A stretch of 64,000 bases of DNA from Mobula birostris. Taxonomy: Eukaryota. The stretch lies in the NCBI RefSeq assembly GCF_030028105.1, contig NC_092384.1, forward strand, positions 17,429,629 to 17,493,628. Reading direction: 5' to 3'. The position numbers were made by a program, and so were the translations under genes. Below are positions 35,102-48,384 of this stretch, one piece after another. Position 1 is the stretch's first letter. Each line of letters begins with the position of its first letter. The notes under the pieces are model-generated. The model was not told the origin of the DNA. It saw only the letters and a program-made list of their open reading frames with translations, and ran no database searches.

Positions 35102-38100
35102 AAAGAGATAAATAAAAGAGTATGTTTGTGCTTGTAATGCGCTCGCCGGGCCTTTGCGTGGAGCCGGAGAGCACTGGGCTGCAAGGTTTTCTAAGCACCT
35201 AAAGTGGTTAATTACGGATTATCGAGATTCGTTAATTGTTGTTATTGCCTTGTGACGTTTGTTTTGAATAGCTCAGGGATTCCTTGTGACCTGTACTTTT
35301 CACGAGGACGGTCTACAAGTACTATCACTAACGTGGAGAAAGTTTCAGCCGGGCTATTGCCCGGCTGAGTCACTGATGATCTGTTGTTATTCCTATGTGT
35401 AAATTCTGATCACCATATCTACAGGTAGGTCCACGTGGCAGATTACCCCTTCGAGACCCTCAATTTTTAGCTTCACTCTCACCTGAAAGAGTTTGGGGTC
35501 TGGTGAACTGCCAAAAGGGAGTACCTTCATGGCATATAGCGTCCACACGGCGTGATAAAGTTTGTGAGCTCCTGTGACTCACTGGCTAAACCGATCTGCA
35601 GAACCCTAAGTTTGTATATACTTTAGTGAAGAATTTAACTCCACCCAGCATACTCAACGTGTTCTCAACAGAGGGAAGAATAAACTTCTACCACCTCACT
35701 GCATTATTCAGTTTTGTTAGATCAACACAGACCCTCACTGTGCAATCTGACTTGGAAACACAAGAGTGCATGCACACCAGACGGTAGATTCATTCACTCA
35801 AGTTACCATATCAAGCGCCTCCATTCTCTCAAATTCAGCTTTGATGTTGTTTATCAGAAGAGGGTATATGGCTCGCAGTGGTTAGAGTGTAGGGCGCAAC
35901 TCCTGGCCTCAATAAGATAAGGTAACCTTCTTTCAGTACCACCATTCCAGAGAACAAGGATCTGTACATTTCCTGCCACCGAGCATTGTTTAGCGAATCC
36001 AGCCTTGCAATGCGGTTCAGCTTCTCGATGGCGTGCCTTGTTTCTACAAGGCATTCTGAACGATATACACATCCTCTTTTAACTGTTTTTAAGTTTTTTT
36101 TTACGGCTGGAAGCAATGAACACGTATTTCATCTAAGAGGAACTGGGCAAATATGATCCCCTATGAGCTCAATACTTTTATTTGAAATTTGGAAACTGAT
36201 TATTTTCAAACAATCCTACATTTCTCAATTCATCACCCCACCCCCCCGCCCTCTAAGGGAAATCATGAGCAAGTCAAAATGGGAAGTAAACACTACGTAA
36301 TCCCTCTCCAGGACGCATCTTCCAGCATTCCACTGGGTGCCAGCCAGACCGAGGAATTGACGGACATGAGAGAGTTCTAGAGAGGATCATTTGCTCTCAC
36401 ACGCTTTCAGGTTCAGAGTTTCATCAATGGCTCTCAATCAGAAGCAGTGATCTTTGACTAAGCCCTTTTCCATTTACAAAAAAGAAAAAAAAACTCATAC
36501 TAAAGAATGATGTCATTATTTGAACCCCCGTTAAATCTAGCTCTCAAATAAAGTCAGAATGTGATGCACTGGCCGAAATTGCAAAGATGATTTAGGAAGG
36601 CCGGTATGTGACTGGCCAGCCTAAAATAGCCCTAGTCGTTCTTCTATAGTAAATAGAATAAATTAAATATTTAACTCTTTTTGCGAGTTATCGAGTTTGA
36701 TACAGAAAGACAAATACTATTGGTAGCTGTGGAGCACGTAAATGATGTACGTTTAATAAAATTCCACAAAGAACCAAACGACAGCTAAAGATATGTTGAA
36801 CTCTCCTGTATAATTTGTATTTGGGGATGACATATTGTCATCCTGATTCGAAAGAATACGAGACGTTTGTGTGTGAATTGCTTAAACACAACGTGGCCGT
36901 TGTAAACCAGTCATCATACAGCCCTAACAGTGTGTGATCTTGGTTTAATGGCAATCAGATCCGATAGAGTTGGAAGCGAAATTCTGCTACGTACTTTCTT
37001 TTCGTGCGAAAGTAACACTGCACAAGGCTGATAAATTAATATATTCATCAGAGCCCTGCATTACCTCGCTGAGTACTTTTATAAAACTTCCACTCTGAGA
37101 TTGAATCCAATTTAAGCTAATCTAATTACTTACTTTATCATTCCTCACTACGACCACTCAACAACCATCTATTCCTCACAAGATCCGTTTTCACTCTTTC
37201 TAACAGAATGAAAAATTGTAGATGAGTCAGCAGGATCGTCCATCTGCCTCCCTCTAACTCATTCCCTTAACTCTGATGACATGGAATACATTTTTGAATG
37301 AGTTCTGTAATAATATTTAAAAGAAAATTAAAAATTAATTTGTAATGCAGCTTCGTTCCATATAGCACCTTAAAATTCTGTGAAAATCAATCTTTTTCTT
37401 TACTAAATGTAATGTATCTAGTGTCCACCTACCCCTTTTTGAACGGAAGTGGTTTTTTCCCTATCCATTTTCCTCTTTACATGCTTTCACAGTATTTCCG
37501 TTGACACCTTGAAGACAATTTAATAAAAACACAAAATACTTGGTAAAACAATGAGCACAGAAATAATTATCTAGCTCTCAAATGCGGTCATAATGTGATG
37601 TCTCTGATGTTAATTGAACTCCTTTTTAAGTAATACTGTCTGAAGTTATGGATCTATCTGAAGGTACTCAGATATACCAGCTGCCATCCAGATTCTGCTA
37701 CCGAAATGTCATATCTTTGTTGATGATGTTTATTTTTTGTCTTCGAGTATCATTATTCCACATTTGCACTTTTTATATACATGATATTGTTTAAAAACTG
37801 GAAACTATTAGTAAAATAGAGGGCATTTAACCACTTAGTTCCTCGTATATTCGTTCTGCAAAAATTATCAACGAGCCAAAATTGCTAATCCACCCTGAGT
37901 ACACGCGAGTATTAGCATAATTGTATGATGATCTACAGGAGCAAAAGATTAAATATGTAATTCACATACACGTATACATACACACATAAATAAATCAACA
38001 AGAATAGGATGTCTTCTAATCCTGACTGCAAAAATGTCAAGGTGCAAAATGACACCAATTGCAATTTAATGATGAGATTTACGAAGGAAACAAATCACAT

Positions 38101-38544
38101 TAATGTACATTTATTTCTACGAAGTCTATCGATTAAAATAAAATGATGATGTCAGCATTTGTGTAAACATGAATAGTGTAGAGTAACGGAGAGTCATTAA
38201 TACAATAAGAAAACCCAAACAGAGTGGGAACAAATAACTTTCAGACCAGGCAATGCATAATGAGATGTTAACGGATGTAATCAAGCATTAGATGGAAAAG
38301 AACAAACGGGGCATTTTAAGAAGAAGTGGTGAGGCAAATGTAGCCATAGAAGAACATCTAGTGGATGGTGTAGTGGATGATCTAGTGGTAGCTGCAAACA
38401 TGCTGTGCTGTAAAGAGTTGAACATGATGACATTAAATACCTAGGAAAAACAAACTGGAAAAGAATGGATGGACACTTTGTACTGGGATACAGGGATACA
38501 TATTAGACTACTTGACCTTTTATGATATTTTGCTAGATTATAGA

Positions 38545-38893
38545 GACATATAAACATAGAAAATAGGTACAGGAGTAGGCCATTCAGCCCTTCGAGCCTG
38601 CACCGCCATTCAGTATGATCATGGCTGATCATCCAACTCAGAACCCTGTACCAGCCTTCCCTCCATACCCCCGATCCCTTTAGCCACAAGGGTCATATCT
38701 AACTCCCTCTTAAATATAGCCAATGAACTGGCCTCAACTGTTTCCTGTGGCAATGAATTCCACAGATTCACCACTCTTTGTGTGAAGAAGTTTTTTTCCT
38801 AATCTCTGCCCTAAAAGGCTTCCCCTTTATCCTCAAACTGTGATCCCTCGTTCTGGACTTCCCCAACATCGGGAACATCGGGAACAATCTTCC
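38545..38893 (-). mobile_element. Short, well-preserved CR1 3' end
   Basis: ACATAGAAAATAGGTACAGGAGTAGGCCATTC is the reverse of the tail at 6190-6232. Confidence 0.9.
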
Positions 38894-39889
38894 TGGTTGA
38901 TTTTTGTGCCTGTTGTTAATGCCGCTTGATCGGTTGCTTGTTCAAAATATGCTAATCTCCGAATTGTAATGTTTTCTGATTTGTCATGTTCTATAGCAGG
39001 GCATTACCTATAAGTAATAAAATTTCACTCCATAACTCAGTCCTATTTGTCTGAATATGAGAATTGTTCTAGGCAGAGTATATATATTTTCATTACGTGC
39101 TGTAGATTTATATCTTCATATCTTAAGCGCTTTGGAGATAATATTTTATTAGTTTTCTTCAAGCGACGTCAGACTCATCCAATACAATGATTTCTGGGAA
39201 GATAGTCCACTCATCTGTCAAAGTACAGAAGTTCAAAGTTCAAAGAAATTTTATTTGTCACTCCTTGAGATTCATTGTCTGGCGGTCATACTCACTAAAT
39301 CCATAGAATAATAAAATTCCCATGTTTAATGAAATACTGCACCAAAATGGACGTACAACCACTGTGCAAAAGACAACAAACTGAGCAAATACCAAAGGAA
39401 AGAAATAATAAGTAAATAAACAATAAATATCGAGAACATGAGAGTGTACGGAGGGAGTAATTGATGGTGGTGAATAGAAGTGCAGAGAATAGTCTTGATT
39501 AACTTAGACTCGTAATAAGCAAAGAGACACATATGAAATCCAAAGGCGAAATCACAACCGGTAGTACTCTAAATAGAATTCCTCCGATCGATACATCACT
39601 CCTCAGCACGAGGCCTTAAGTGCAGAATTTTCAGAAAATAATAATGTGGCAGGAAATAACTGGTAATCTGAGTCTTAAGACGACAGCGCCAGTTAGCCAT
39701 ACTCCGGGGAATTGGAGTGCCAAAACGTGGATGCCTGCCACAGTTCAGTCGGGACTGTGACAAAACCCACCCTTCCTACAATTGTCTCCTGACGACCCAG
39801 TACGATCAAGGTGGTGGTGATGACAGTCTTCCATCAAAGAAGGGTCCAGGATGTGGCGTGAAGGAATCCAGCTTCTTCCTTCTTGTCAC

Positions 39890-40290
39890 CTCACTATAGG
39901 AAGGATGTGGAAGCATTGATAAGGGTACAGAGGAGATTTACCAGGATGCTGCCTGGTTTAGAGAGTATGTATTATGATCAGAGATTAAGGGAGAGAAGGA
40001 GGATGAGAGGAGACATGATAGAGGTGTACAAGATAATAAGATGAATAGAGTAGATAGCCAGCGCCTCTTCCCCAGGGCACCACTGCTCAATACAAGAGGA
40101 CATGGCTTGGAGTGGGAAGTTCAAGGGGGATATTAGAGGAAGGTTTTTTACTCAGAGAGTGGTTGGTGGGTGGAATGCACTGCCTGAGTCAGTGGTGGAG
40201 GCAGATACACTAGTGAAGTTTAAGAGACTACTGGACAGGTATATGGAGCAATTTAAGGTGGGGGCTTATATGAGAGGCAGGGTTTGAGAT
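39890..40290 (+). mobile_element. CR1 3' fragment
   Basis: CACTATAGGAAGGATGTG, RRFTRMLPGL and FFTQRVVG motifs. Confidence 0.85.
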
Positions 40291-40291
40291 C

Positions 40292-40830
40292 GATGTAACA
40301 AAGGAGCAATTGCTGATTTCAACCCACATGAGGAGATCTCCAGTTGAGATCCAGTTTCGAGCCAGACACAATGATGGAATGAATTGCCGGCCCGTGTCTT
40401 CTCTGGCGATTGGCCTCGTCTTGTTGTGGCTGCCAACCGGCCAACAACGCCTCTCTCGCCTTAAACCATTTCTGGCGACATTTCTAGACCAGTTGTTCCG
40501 TTGATGGCACCCCTCATTCTCTCCTTGTTCCAGAAACAGGGGAGGACGGTACCCAAATTGGCTTTGGAAAGCGGTCATCCTGAAAGACGAATGCTGAACT
40601 GTGTTAAGAACAAACCTCACCACCCGCCCCGCCCCCCCCCCCACCCCCGACCAGCCAGATCAGGTTGTCATTACATTTGGTCGGGTTTCCCGAGGCGCGA
40701 CATCTGAGTGTTCTCTCAAGGTCCTGGTTAACCTTCTCCATAGCCCATTGATCTACGGATGGAACCCGGACTGGCAGAGGCCACAATGACCTCAGAAAAT
40801 GTCTTCCAGACGAAGAATGGGATCGGCTGT
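40292..40830 (-). mobile_element. Ty3/gypsy integrase-region remnant
   Basis: Minus ORF 40604-40867 contains EKVNQDLERTLRC, similar to the gypsy integrase core after GYHPQ-NGQ. Confidence 0.65.
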
Positions 40831-41479
40831 ATTGTCCAATACTTCTCCTGATAATAGATATCAGCACATCTACTCAACGTGTCATCATTAAACCTAACAA
40901 GATTCTCTTCTTAATTAAGTCTGCTAAATCATTTTTGTCAGGAACATTATTTATTACAATCCGAACAGTATAGGTAACTCGTAGACTCGCCAAAGGAGTC
41001 TGAGTACAGTAACAATTTGCTTCCGTATTACTTGTTCAAGTAGCTCGCTAACTTTCTGAATTTATAACATTGTACTGTCTATAGCGTGTGATTCTGTATC
41101 TAGCACTTTAAACGTGATTTTTCATTGATATGGTTTACAAAGCATCACGAGTGGCCAGCCGAACTCCAATCACCGATCTGGACTGCATTGCCCACTAATA
41201 TTGGAAGCTAATTACTCAGAGACTGGATCTTATCAAAATCTGTACACAGACAGTCCCAAATATATCCGTTCCAGGTGGGATTTAAGTGTCACGCTTCAAT
41301 GTTCAGGAATTCCCATCTTGAAGCTGATTTTGCCTTATCTTCAATTTTTTATAATAAAACTCTTAATTAAGTACACCATAACTGACCGGCAAATGGTCCC
41401 CGCCTTTGCTATACCACTATGCGGTTTAGAGTTTAAGTTTTGTTTTGTCACATTTTTGTCGTATTTCAGAAGTTGCCTG

Positions 41480-42180
41480 CCTTACACACACTAACGAGGT
41501 GGCCTATAGAGAAGAAGTCATCTCTCTGACACAGCTGTGTCAAAAAACAACCTTTTCCTCAATGTCGCAAAAACAAAGGAGCTGGCTGGAGATGACAGGA
41601 GGAATGGAAATGGGCGAACTCCTAATGAAAGCAATGGATATGGGGTTGAGAGAGTAAAAAGCTTCATGTTCCGCGGCATTCACATCGCCAAGGACCTCAC
41701 GTGGTCTGTACATACCAGCAGTGTGTTCAAAAAAAGCACAATAGCTACTCTTTCACCTCAGACGGTTGAGGAAAATTGGTATGGGCCCCAAAGAACTTTC
41801 TACAGGGGCACAGTTGATAGCACCCTGACTGGCTGCATCATTGTCAGGTATGGGAAATGTACGTACCTCCCTTATTCGCTGGATTCTGCAGAGAGTGGTG
41901 CGCACAGCCCAGCGTATCTGTAGTTGTGAACTTCACATGATTCAGGATATTTTTAAGACAAATATGAAAAAAGGGCACGAAGGATCTTTGGGGACTCGAA
42001 TCACCCCAACCACAATCTATTCCAGCTGCAAAAGCTGGAAAACGGTACCGCAGCATGAAAGCCAGGACCAACAGGCTCCGGGACAGCTTCTTCCACCAGA
42101 CCAGCAGATTAATTAATTCACGTTGAACCAATTGCGTTTTAAGCTATATAGATTGTTCTGTTGTATACTTACTGTACATA
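41480..42180 (+). mobile_element. Rex1/L2-type LINE RT C-terminal fragment
   Basis: LNVAKTKEL, VERVKSF.FRGIHI.KDLTWS and LTGCIIVRYG motifs. Confidence 0.8.
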
Positions 42181-42184
42181 CTGA

Positions 42185-42723
42185 AGGCAGGGCGAAGTCA
42201 AGATGGCGCTAAACGGCGACTCATTTTCTTACATCTTCGGAAACAGTTTTATTTCAAACTTTGATATTTCCCCTTTCCCTTTTCAGGGCGTTTGGGATGG
42301 GGGGGTGGGGTGGGGGCAGTTCTTTTGAAAACTCTGACCTGCAGTTACGCTCTGACTTTGATTTTTGCGGGTATAGGACCCTCTCTCTGGGCCTCACGAC
42401 CGGCCGCTTTTTGATATCCCAAGGAAATTGCCTGGAAGACGATCGTTCCTACAGGGTTCCAGGATTTTTGTAGCTCTGGGGACGTGCTGATTCTAGGCCA
42501 GTGCCCCTGACTGAAACGTCACAGGGGAACACAGAAGGCTGAAAGAAATTGTTAGCTGTCGGGGCTTGTGTGCCTGGAGAGTTGCGCCTTTATAGTGCTG
42601 AATCTCCAGGCGCAGAGCTTGGGAAAAACCGACTCGAAGGACTTTTAACATCGTAAATCAGCGAGTTGTTTGTTATATCTGCCCTTTCGCTGCCAAACGG
42701 GAACGCGTCTTTTTTCCTTATTT

Positions 42724-42759
<36 letters not shown>

Positions 42760-43040
42760 CTTTGGTGTCTCCAATTATCAGGTGAACGAATAGTTTTTGC
42801 TGCACTACAAGTCGGTATCTACATTGATGCTTTTTTTTGCTGGTGGGAGTGGGGTGGGAGAGGTCATTGCTCGTGTATGGGAGGGGTATTTGGGGGGACT
42901 TTGGGGATCTAATGTTTTTACTGACATTCGTCCTTCGGTGCACTCTTCAGCTTTCGTGGATGTCTGCAATGAAAAAGAACTTCAGGAGTTATATTATAGC
43001 CTCAACGTGTGCCAAGATAAGTCAATTGTCAGTGTAGTGG
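42185..43040 (+). repeat. Unclassified interspersed repeat with internal (GA)n
   Basis: Starts GGCGAAGTCAAGATGGCG; related to 22620-23450; (GA)n at about 42725-42757. Confidence 0.55.
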
Positions 43041-43059
43041 ACTAACACGTTATATTCTC

Positions 43060-43470
43060 TCTGTGTAGCCTCCAACATGATTGTATAAACATTAATTTCT
43101 CTCTCGGGTAAAAAACTCCCTCCCCCCTGCCCTCTACATCTATTCCCCACTCTGGCATTTTACCTCTTCTTACTCGTCTATCACTCACCCCTGACACCAC
43201 ACGTTGTGTACCCCTGCTCCCATATCTCCTAGGGCGCACTCTCCTCTCCTCACATTCCTTCATCTCCAGCTATTTACCGTTTTGAAGCATCTGGCTTCAC
43301 CTTACAACTTGTTCTAGCCTCTATTCTTTCCCCCACCTACTTGTTCCGGCGTCTATCCCTTTTCTGTTCAGTCCTGAAGAAGGGTCCCATCCGGAAACAT
43401 CCACTGTTTATTAGTTTCCATATAGGTTGTCAGTTTTGCTGAGTTCCTTCAGCATTTTCTGTGTGTAACT
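43060..43470 (+). mobile_element. Penelope-like element 3' fragment
   Basis: GTAGCCTCCAACATGAT..AACATTAATTTCTC (degenerate SLQPDGMNIDFS end), a pyrimidine-rich UTR and the CCTGAAGAAGGGTC...GCTGAGTTCCTTCAGCA tail. Tail-only pieces occur at about 700-800, 26900-27000 (-) and 28355-28450. Confidence 0.6.
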
Positions 43471-45115
43471 CCAGAGACGGTTGTGCATGAAAATCCCAGG
43501 ACATCAGCAGTTTTTGAGATACACAAGCCGCGCTGCCTGACACAAACAGTCATTCCATAGTCAAACTCATCAGAACCTCTTGACCATATCTATATGTTTC
43601 TATGCAGAGTTGCTGCCATGATTAACTGATTAGAATTTTGTATTAACGAGCAGTTACATACATGTACCTAATAAAATGGCCACTGTGTGGGCGTATGATC
43701 TGCATGTTGGGCTGCTATTGTAAATTTTTCATTGAACTTGTACTTCACCGTATCTGTGCATGTGAAAATAAACTTGATTTGACTCAATTAATAGTAATAT
43801 TTTTACAAATTCAGTTTCGTTAAGAAATTGAACTATATTATCAATTTCCTGGTAAACCTGCAAACCAGGGACCACAGGAAATGGAACCACGCACAGTTTA
43901 AACAGAATGTAGGAAACAGGACCAAAATATATTGAATGGAAACACGGAAACTAGACACCTAACCACAAAGGCAAATGTTACCCGGTAAGCCAGATGTCAA
44001 ATTATCAGGACTCTTCGCTCGTCAGATTATTGGAATTTTAATGTAATTAAACTTGGGTCTGCGGATTTCACAATTCGAACAGTAATTACAGAAGAACATG
44101 CACAATGCGTTACAAGTTCAAAAGCTTGATCAGACAAGTTCAGTGAAATAACTCATGCTTACCCAATTTCATCAAGATCGGTAACGGGTGTATTAAACAC
44201 TGTTTATAAACCCCCTCTCTGCTTGTAACTGGATTTAGCCGTAAATCGAGCACATTTAAATTGATCAGATGGCGTAAGCCAGAAATTTCTTTCAAAGGTG
44301 GCACATTGTTAAAGTACAAGCATGATTTTCCAGTATTGCAAGCACTCTAAAGTCTGTACAAGGAAAGACATACACACATTCATTCATGAACTAACTAACA
44401 CTTTTGATTTTAATACTGCACTTTCATATTTCTCACTAAGAAATAATGTCAACTTCTTAGAGTCAACTGTGATTACAAGTTCTGTTACAAATCTGTCCAC
44501 ATGAATAGACTGAAACAAGAGACACAATCAATATTTAATTGTAAGATCCGTAACAATAAGTTCTGCTCAAGAAGCAAAATTGTACACAACAGATGGCTAT
44601 CAGGCCCACAAACGTAACCAAGTTTCATCTGTTTCAGGATTTTGAACACAGATGAGTATTTCTGATATTCCGAAGTATTTAAAATGCTATAAAGATATAC
44701 TGTTGGAATTAAAATTACTCAAAAATGTTTCAATGTATGAAAGAAAATGAAATAAAACAGTAGAATCCCTTAAAATTATCTTAGGTCATTTAAGTGATCT
44801 CAGCAAAGTCCTCTTACAGCCTTTCAGTCACATTTACATGAATGGACTCACTGATCGCGATTTCTTCCATGGTATCTACCCGGTCATTGCATCCACCAAC
44901 GTCAGCTTGGCAAATTCTGGGAAAAAGGTACCTTCAAGTTCAGTAACTTTCATGAGGAAAGCACAGACACAGAGATAGCGAATCAGAATCCAGTTTAACT
45001 TCACCTGCAGATGTTGTAAAACTTTTTAACTTAGCCGCAGCAGTGTAAAGCAACACAAGTCAAAAAAAAAACAAATAAGTCAATTCAATTATATATATAA
45101 ATATATATATGTGTT

Positions 45116-45150
<35 letters not shown>

Positions 45151-45155
45151 CCGTG

Positions 45156-46483
45156 TGTCATACTCCGGTCTGTGAAGTCCATATTCCAGTTCACGGTCCG
45201 GTCCATCGACCCTTGCTGTAGCGATTTCCTATCTACCCTGTTTCTGTCCTTGTTGAGCTAATTGAGTCAGCTGATGCTAGTTGGGGCTGGCTGCATAAAT
45301 ACATGCAGAGACCGGGGCGTGGTTGCTGGATTATTCTTGTCCTTACTCCGCGGATCCCTTCCTCTGCCTTCGATTTCCTCACCTGAAGCCCTGCCAGTCT
45401 CGCGGGTTACTCTCGCCTCGCCTGAAGTTCTGTCTCGCCTTGCTTTGCCAGAAGCCCTGCCTTGTCTTGCCGGTAACTCTCACCTCACCTGAAGTTCTCG
45501 TCTTGCCTTGCTTTGCCAGTAGCCTTGTCGTGTCTTGCTGTCTGGTCCTGGAGCCACACTGTACCTAGCACCTTTCCTGTCCCTTGCCTCCGCCCATGTA
45601 AGCCAGGCCGTCTTGCCGTTACCTGGGGTTGGTTCTGTCCCTTCCTGTTCCTTGCCTCCGCCCAGTTAAGCCAGGCCGTCTTGCCGTTACCTGGGGTTGG
45701 TTCTGAACTTTCCTGTGCCTTGTCTCTGTCGGGTGGTTATCCGCGCCCTGCCCAGGAGTACCGCGCCCTACCCAGGAGTACCGCGCCCTGCCCAGGTGCT
45801 CCGCGCCCTGCCCAGGAGGAGCCAAGTCTCAAGTCTCCTGCCTCCAACCTCCAGCCTCGCCTCACCTCAGGTCTCCAGCCTCGCATCGCCTCAAGTCTCC
45901 AGCCTCGCTTCGCCTCAAGTCTCCAGCATCGCCTCTAGTCTGAAGTCTCCAGCCTCGCCTCTACTCTCAAGTGTCCAGCCTCGCCTCTAATCTCAAGTTT
46001 CCAGACTCGCCTCTAGTCTCAAGTCTCCAACCTCGCCTCTAGTCTCAAGTCTCCAGCCTCCTGCCAAGCCTCGCCTCGTCTCTTGCCTAGCCTTGAGCCT
46101 GAGGACTCCAGCATCTAGCCGCTAGCCTCTAGCCTCTTGCCAAGCCAAGCCAAGTCTCTAGCCTTTCGCCTCTAGCCTGTCGCCTAGCCAAGTCTCTAGC
46201 CTCTAGCCTCAAGCTTCAAGCCTGTAGATTTCTGCCTCGTCCTGCCTGCCTCCCAAGCCTCGTCCTTGCCTAGTTCTGGGGTCCGAGTCAGAGGCAAGAC
46301 CGAAGTACTGTGTCCTTGTCCAGTCTCTGGCTCGGAGTCCAAGCCCGGCCTCCTAGCTCTCTTGTTCAATCCTGTTCCATGTTCCTGGTTTTCCTGTCCA
46401 TGTCCTGGCCATCGCCCTGTATCCTAGTCCGGTCCCTAGTACTTCAGTGTCTGTGACCGTTCACAGCCACCGCCCGTATGACA
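45156..46483 (+). mobile_element. Solo LTR of the 3120-4306 family with 5-bp TSD CCGTG
   Basis: TGTCA...TGACA termini; CCGTG at 45151-45155 and 46484-46488; colinear with 3120-4306. Confidence 0.9.
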
Positions 46484-46485
46484 CC

Positions 46486-46486
<1 letters not shown>

Positions 46487-46516
<30 letters not shown>

Positions 46517-46526
46517 CGCGCGCGCG
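46487..46526. repeat. (TG)n(CG)n alternating purine-pyrimidine tract
   Basis: Directly visible. Confidence 0.95.
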
Positions 46527-46609
46527 AGGGCATTAATTACATTAAAAATTGCGCAAAAACAGAAATAATACAAAGTTGGATAATGTTTATGGTTTCAATC
46601 TCCATTTAG

Positions 46610-46900
46610 CAATCGATTAGCAGAGGGGAATAAGCTGTTCCTGAATCACAGAGTGTGTACCATCAGGCTTCTGTACCTTCTTCCCGATGGCGACAATGAG
46701 AAGAGGGCATGTCCTGGATGATGGTGATCGTTAATAGTTGTTGGCGGCTTTTTGAGACACCGTTCCTTGAAGATGTCTTGGATAATACCAAGGCCAGTAC
46801 CCATCATGGAGCTGACTAATTCTACAACTTTCTGTAGAATCATTTGATCCTCTGCAGTAGACCAACTCATCTACCAGGCAGTGAGCAGGCTGTTAGAATT
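46610..46900 (-). mobile_element. Rex1/L2-type LINE 3' fragment
   Basis: ORF 46646-46870 contains HHHPGHALFSLSPSGRRYRSL. Confidence 0.75.
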
Positions 46901-47550
46901 ATCACCAAAGTACAATAGTAGCAATTTAGTATCAACTCTCTTCCATTTCGCATCAAGTTTTGGCCAATTGGATACAAACACCAAGCTGAAGATGACTTGT
47001 GAGTTGTATTATCCGATGTCACTGGTTAGTTTTAATACAAATATTTGCTGACTGTTTCCCATCTCCATTCTGGATCTTTACAACTACAGTTTTAATCTTA
47101 GCTCAACATAAAACTCTGAACACTCTTTCTTAAATTATAGATGATGCTGTTGGATTCTGCTTTACCAAAAATAAAATTCAATCAAAATAATTCTAACAAG
47201 AATTTTTACTTCAGGGGTTTCTGTTCAAACGAAAAATTCAAAATATAGAACACAACAAAGTATCAATTGTCACGTACCCCGTGACAGGAATAAAGAACCA
47301 GCAGAAATAGAAAAACTTTTGGAGTCACGTATTGCTATAAACTAATTAATATTTATTAGTAACTATGCAATACAGTAATATCAATGTAAATAAATCACAC
47401 AGGTTAGCAATGATTATATATAAAATTAAGTGTGGAATATATATGTATGAAAACAAGTTTCTTTAAATCTAGGGGTAAAAAGATAAAGTCTTACGGTGTT
47501 GACTAAAGTTCAGTTCAGTTCAGTTCGTTGTACTCAGTTGAGAAATGATG

Positions 47551-47588
<38 letters not shown>

Positions 47589-48384
47589 GAGAGCGAGTTG
47601 AGTCTTCAGGTGAGCTGATGCCGTCGATCTTCTCGTCGTCCTCCAAAATCCTTTACAAGTCACCGACTGTGACTTTAACCAAGGGGAACGGTTTTCCTGT
47701 GGTGGAGCTATCACCCCAGCAAGGGTGGACACATAGACAACACCCCACCAGTCAACCCCTTCTTCACCGTTGGAATAGCAATTTGTTTCGATCCGCCTGA
47801 TCAATGCTCCAAAACCCACTTTCTCTGCGGGCACAACAATGCTCATTCAGTGTCCAGATCATGTGTCTGAGGTCTGTATCATCTGACCTCCTATTTATCT
47901 CACCAGGCTGAGCATCAACTCTCATTCAAAGTGTCCCTCCTTCTTTTGTCTGTAAAGGAAATGCACAAGCAGGCAACAAGTCCTTGAAGAAATATCAACA
48001 ACCTGCTGAAAATTATAACATCGTCCATTAAATAACACCGTCTTCGGTCACCATAGGAACTTACGAGCTGCTCGGTGCTGTCTCCAACTCCAACCTCAGT
48101 AAAAATCCAAAGTTACTTCCAATGCCTTAAAGTAACTGTCCAACGGTTAATCTTCGTCTCTCTCTCCTTTCCAAACAAACCATCAATGATGAATGTCTCT
48201 CTCTGTCTCTCTTCAAACAGTTAATAGGGGCACTCCTGGATCCTCTCGCACTCCCCTTCCTTCGGGAAAAAAATTGTCGAAGACGATTTTTTTCAATGTC
48301 TATCACAGGGTTTTAAACAATACAGGGAATAACATCATAGACAAAGCAAAAATGGTTACAGTTTTCAACTTACCTTCTGGAAAA

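Noticed and set aside
36325-36375. Minus-strand VRQFLGLAG, like a gypsy RT motif
   Set aside because: An isolated nine-residue match with no flanking similarity.
41250-41310. Plus-strand SPKYIRSRWDLSVTLQC, like the start of a TCR/Ig V domain
   Set aside because: No C-strand Trp or second Cys follows; the frame runs into AT-rich low-information sequence.
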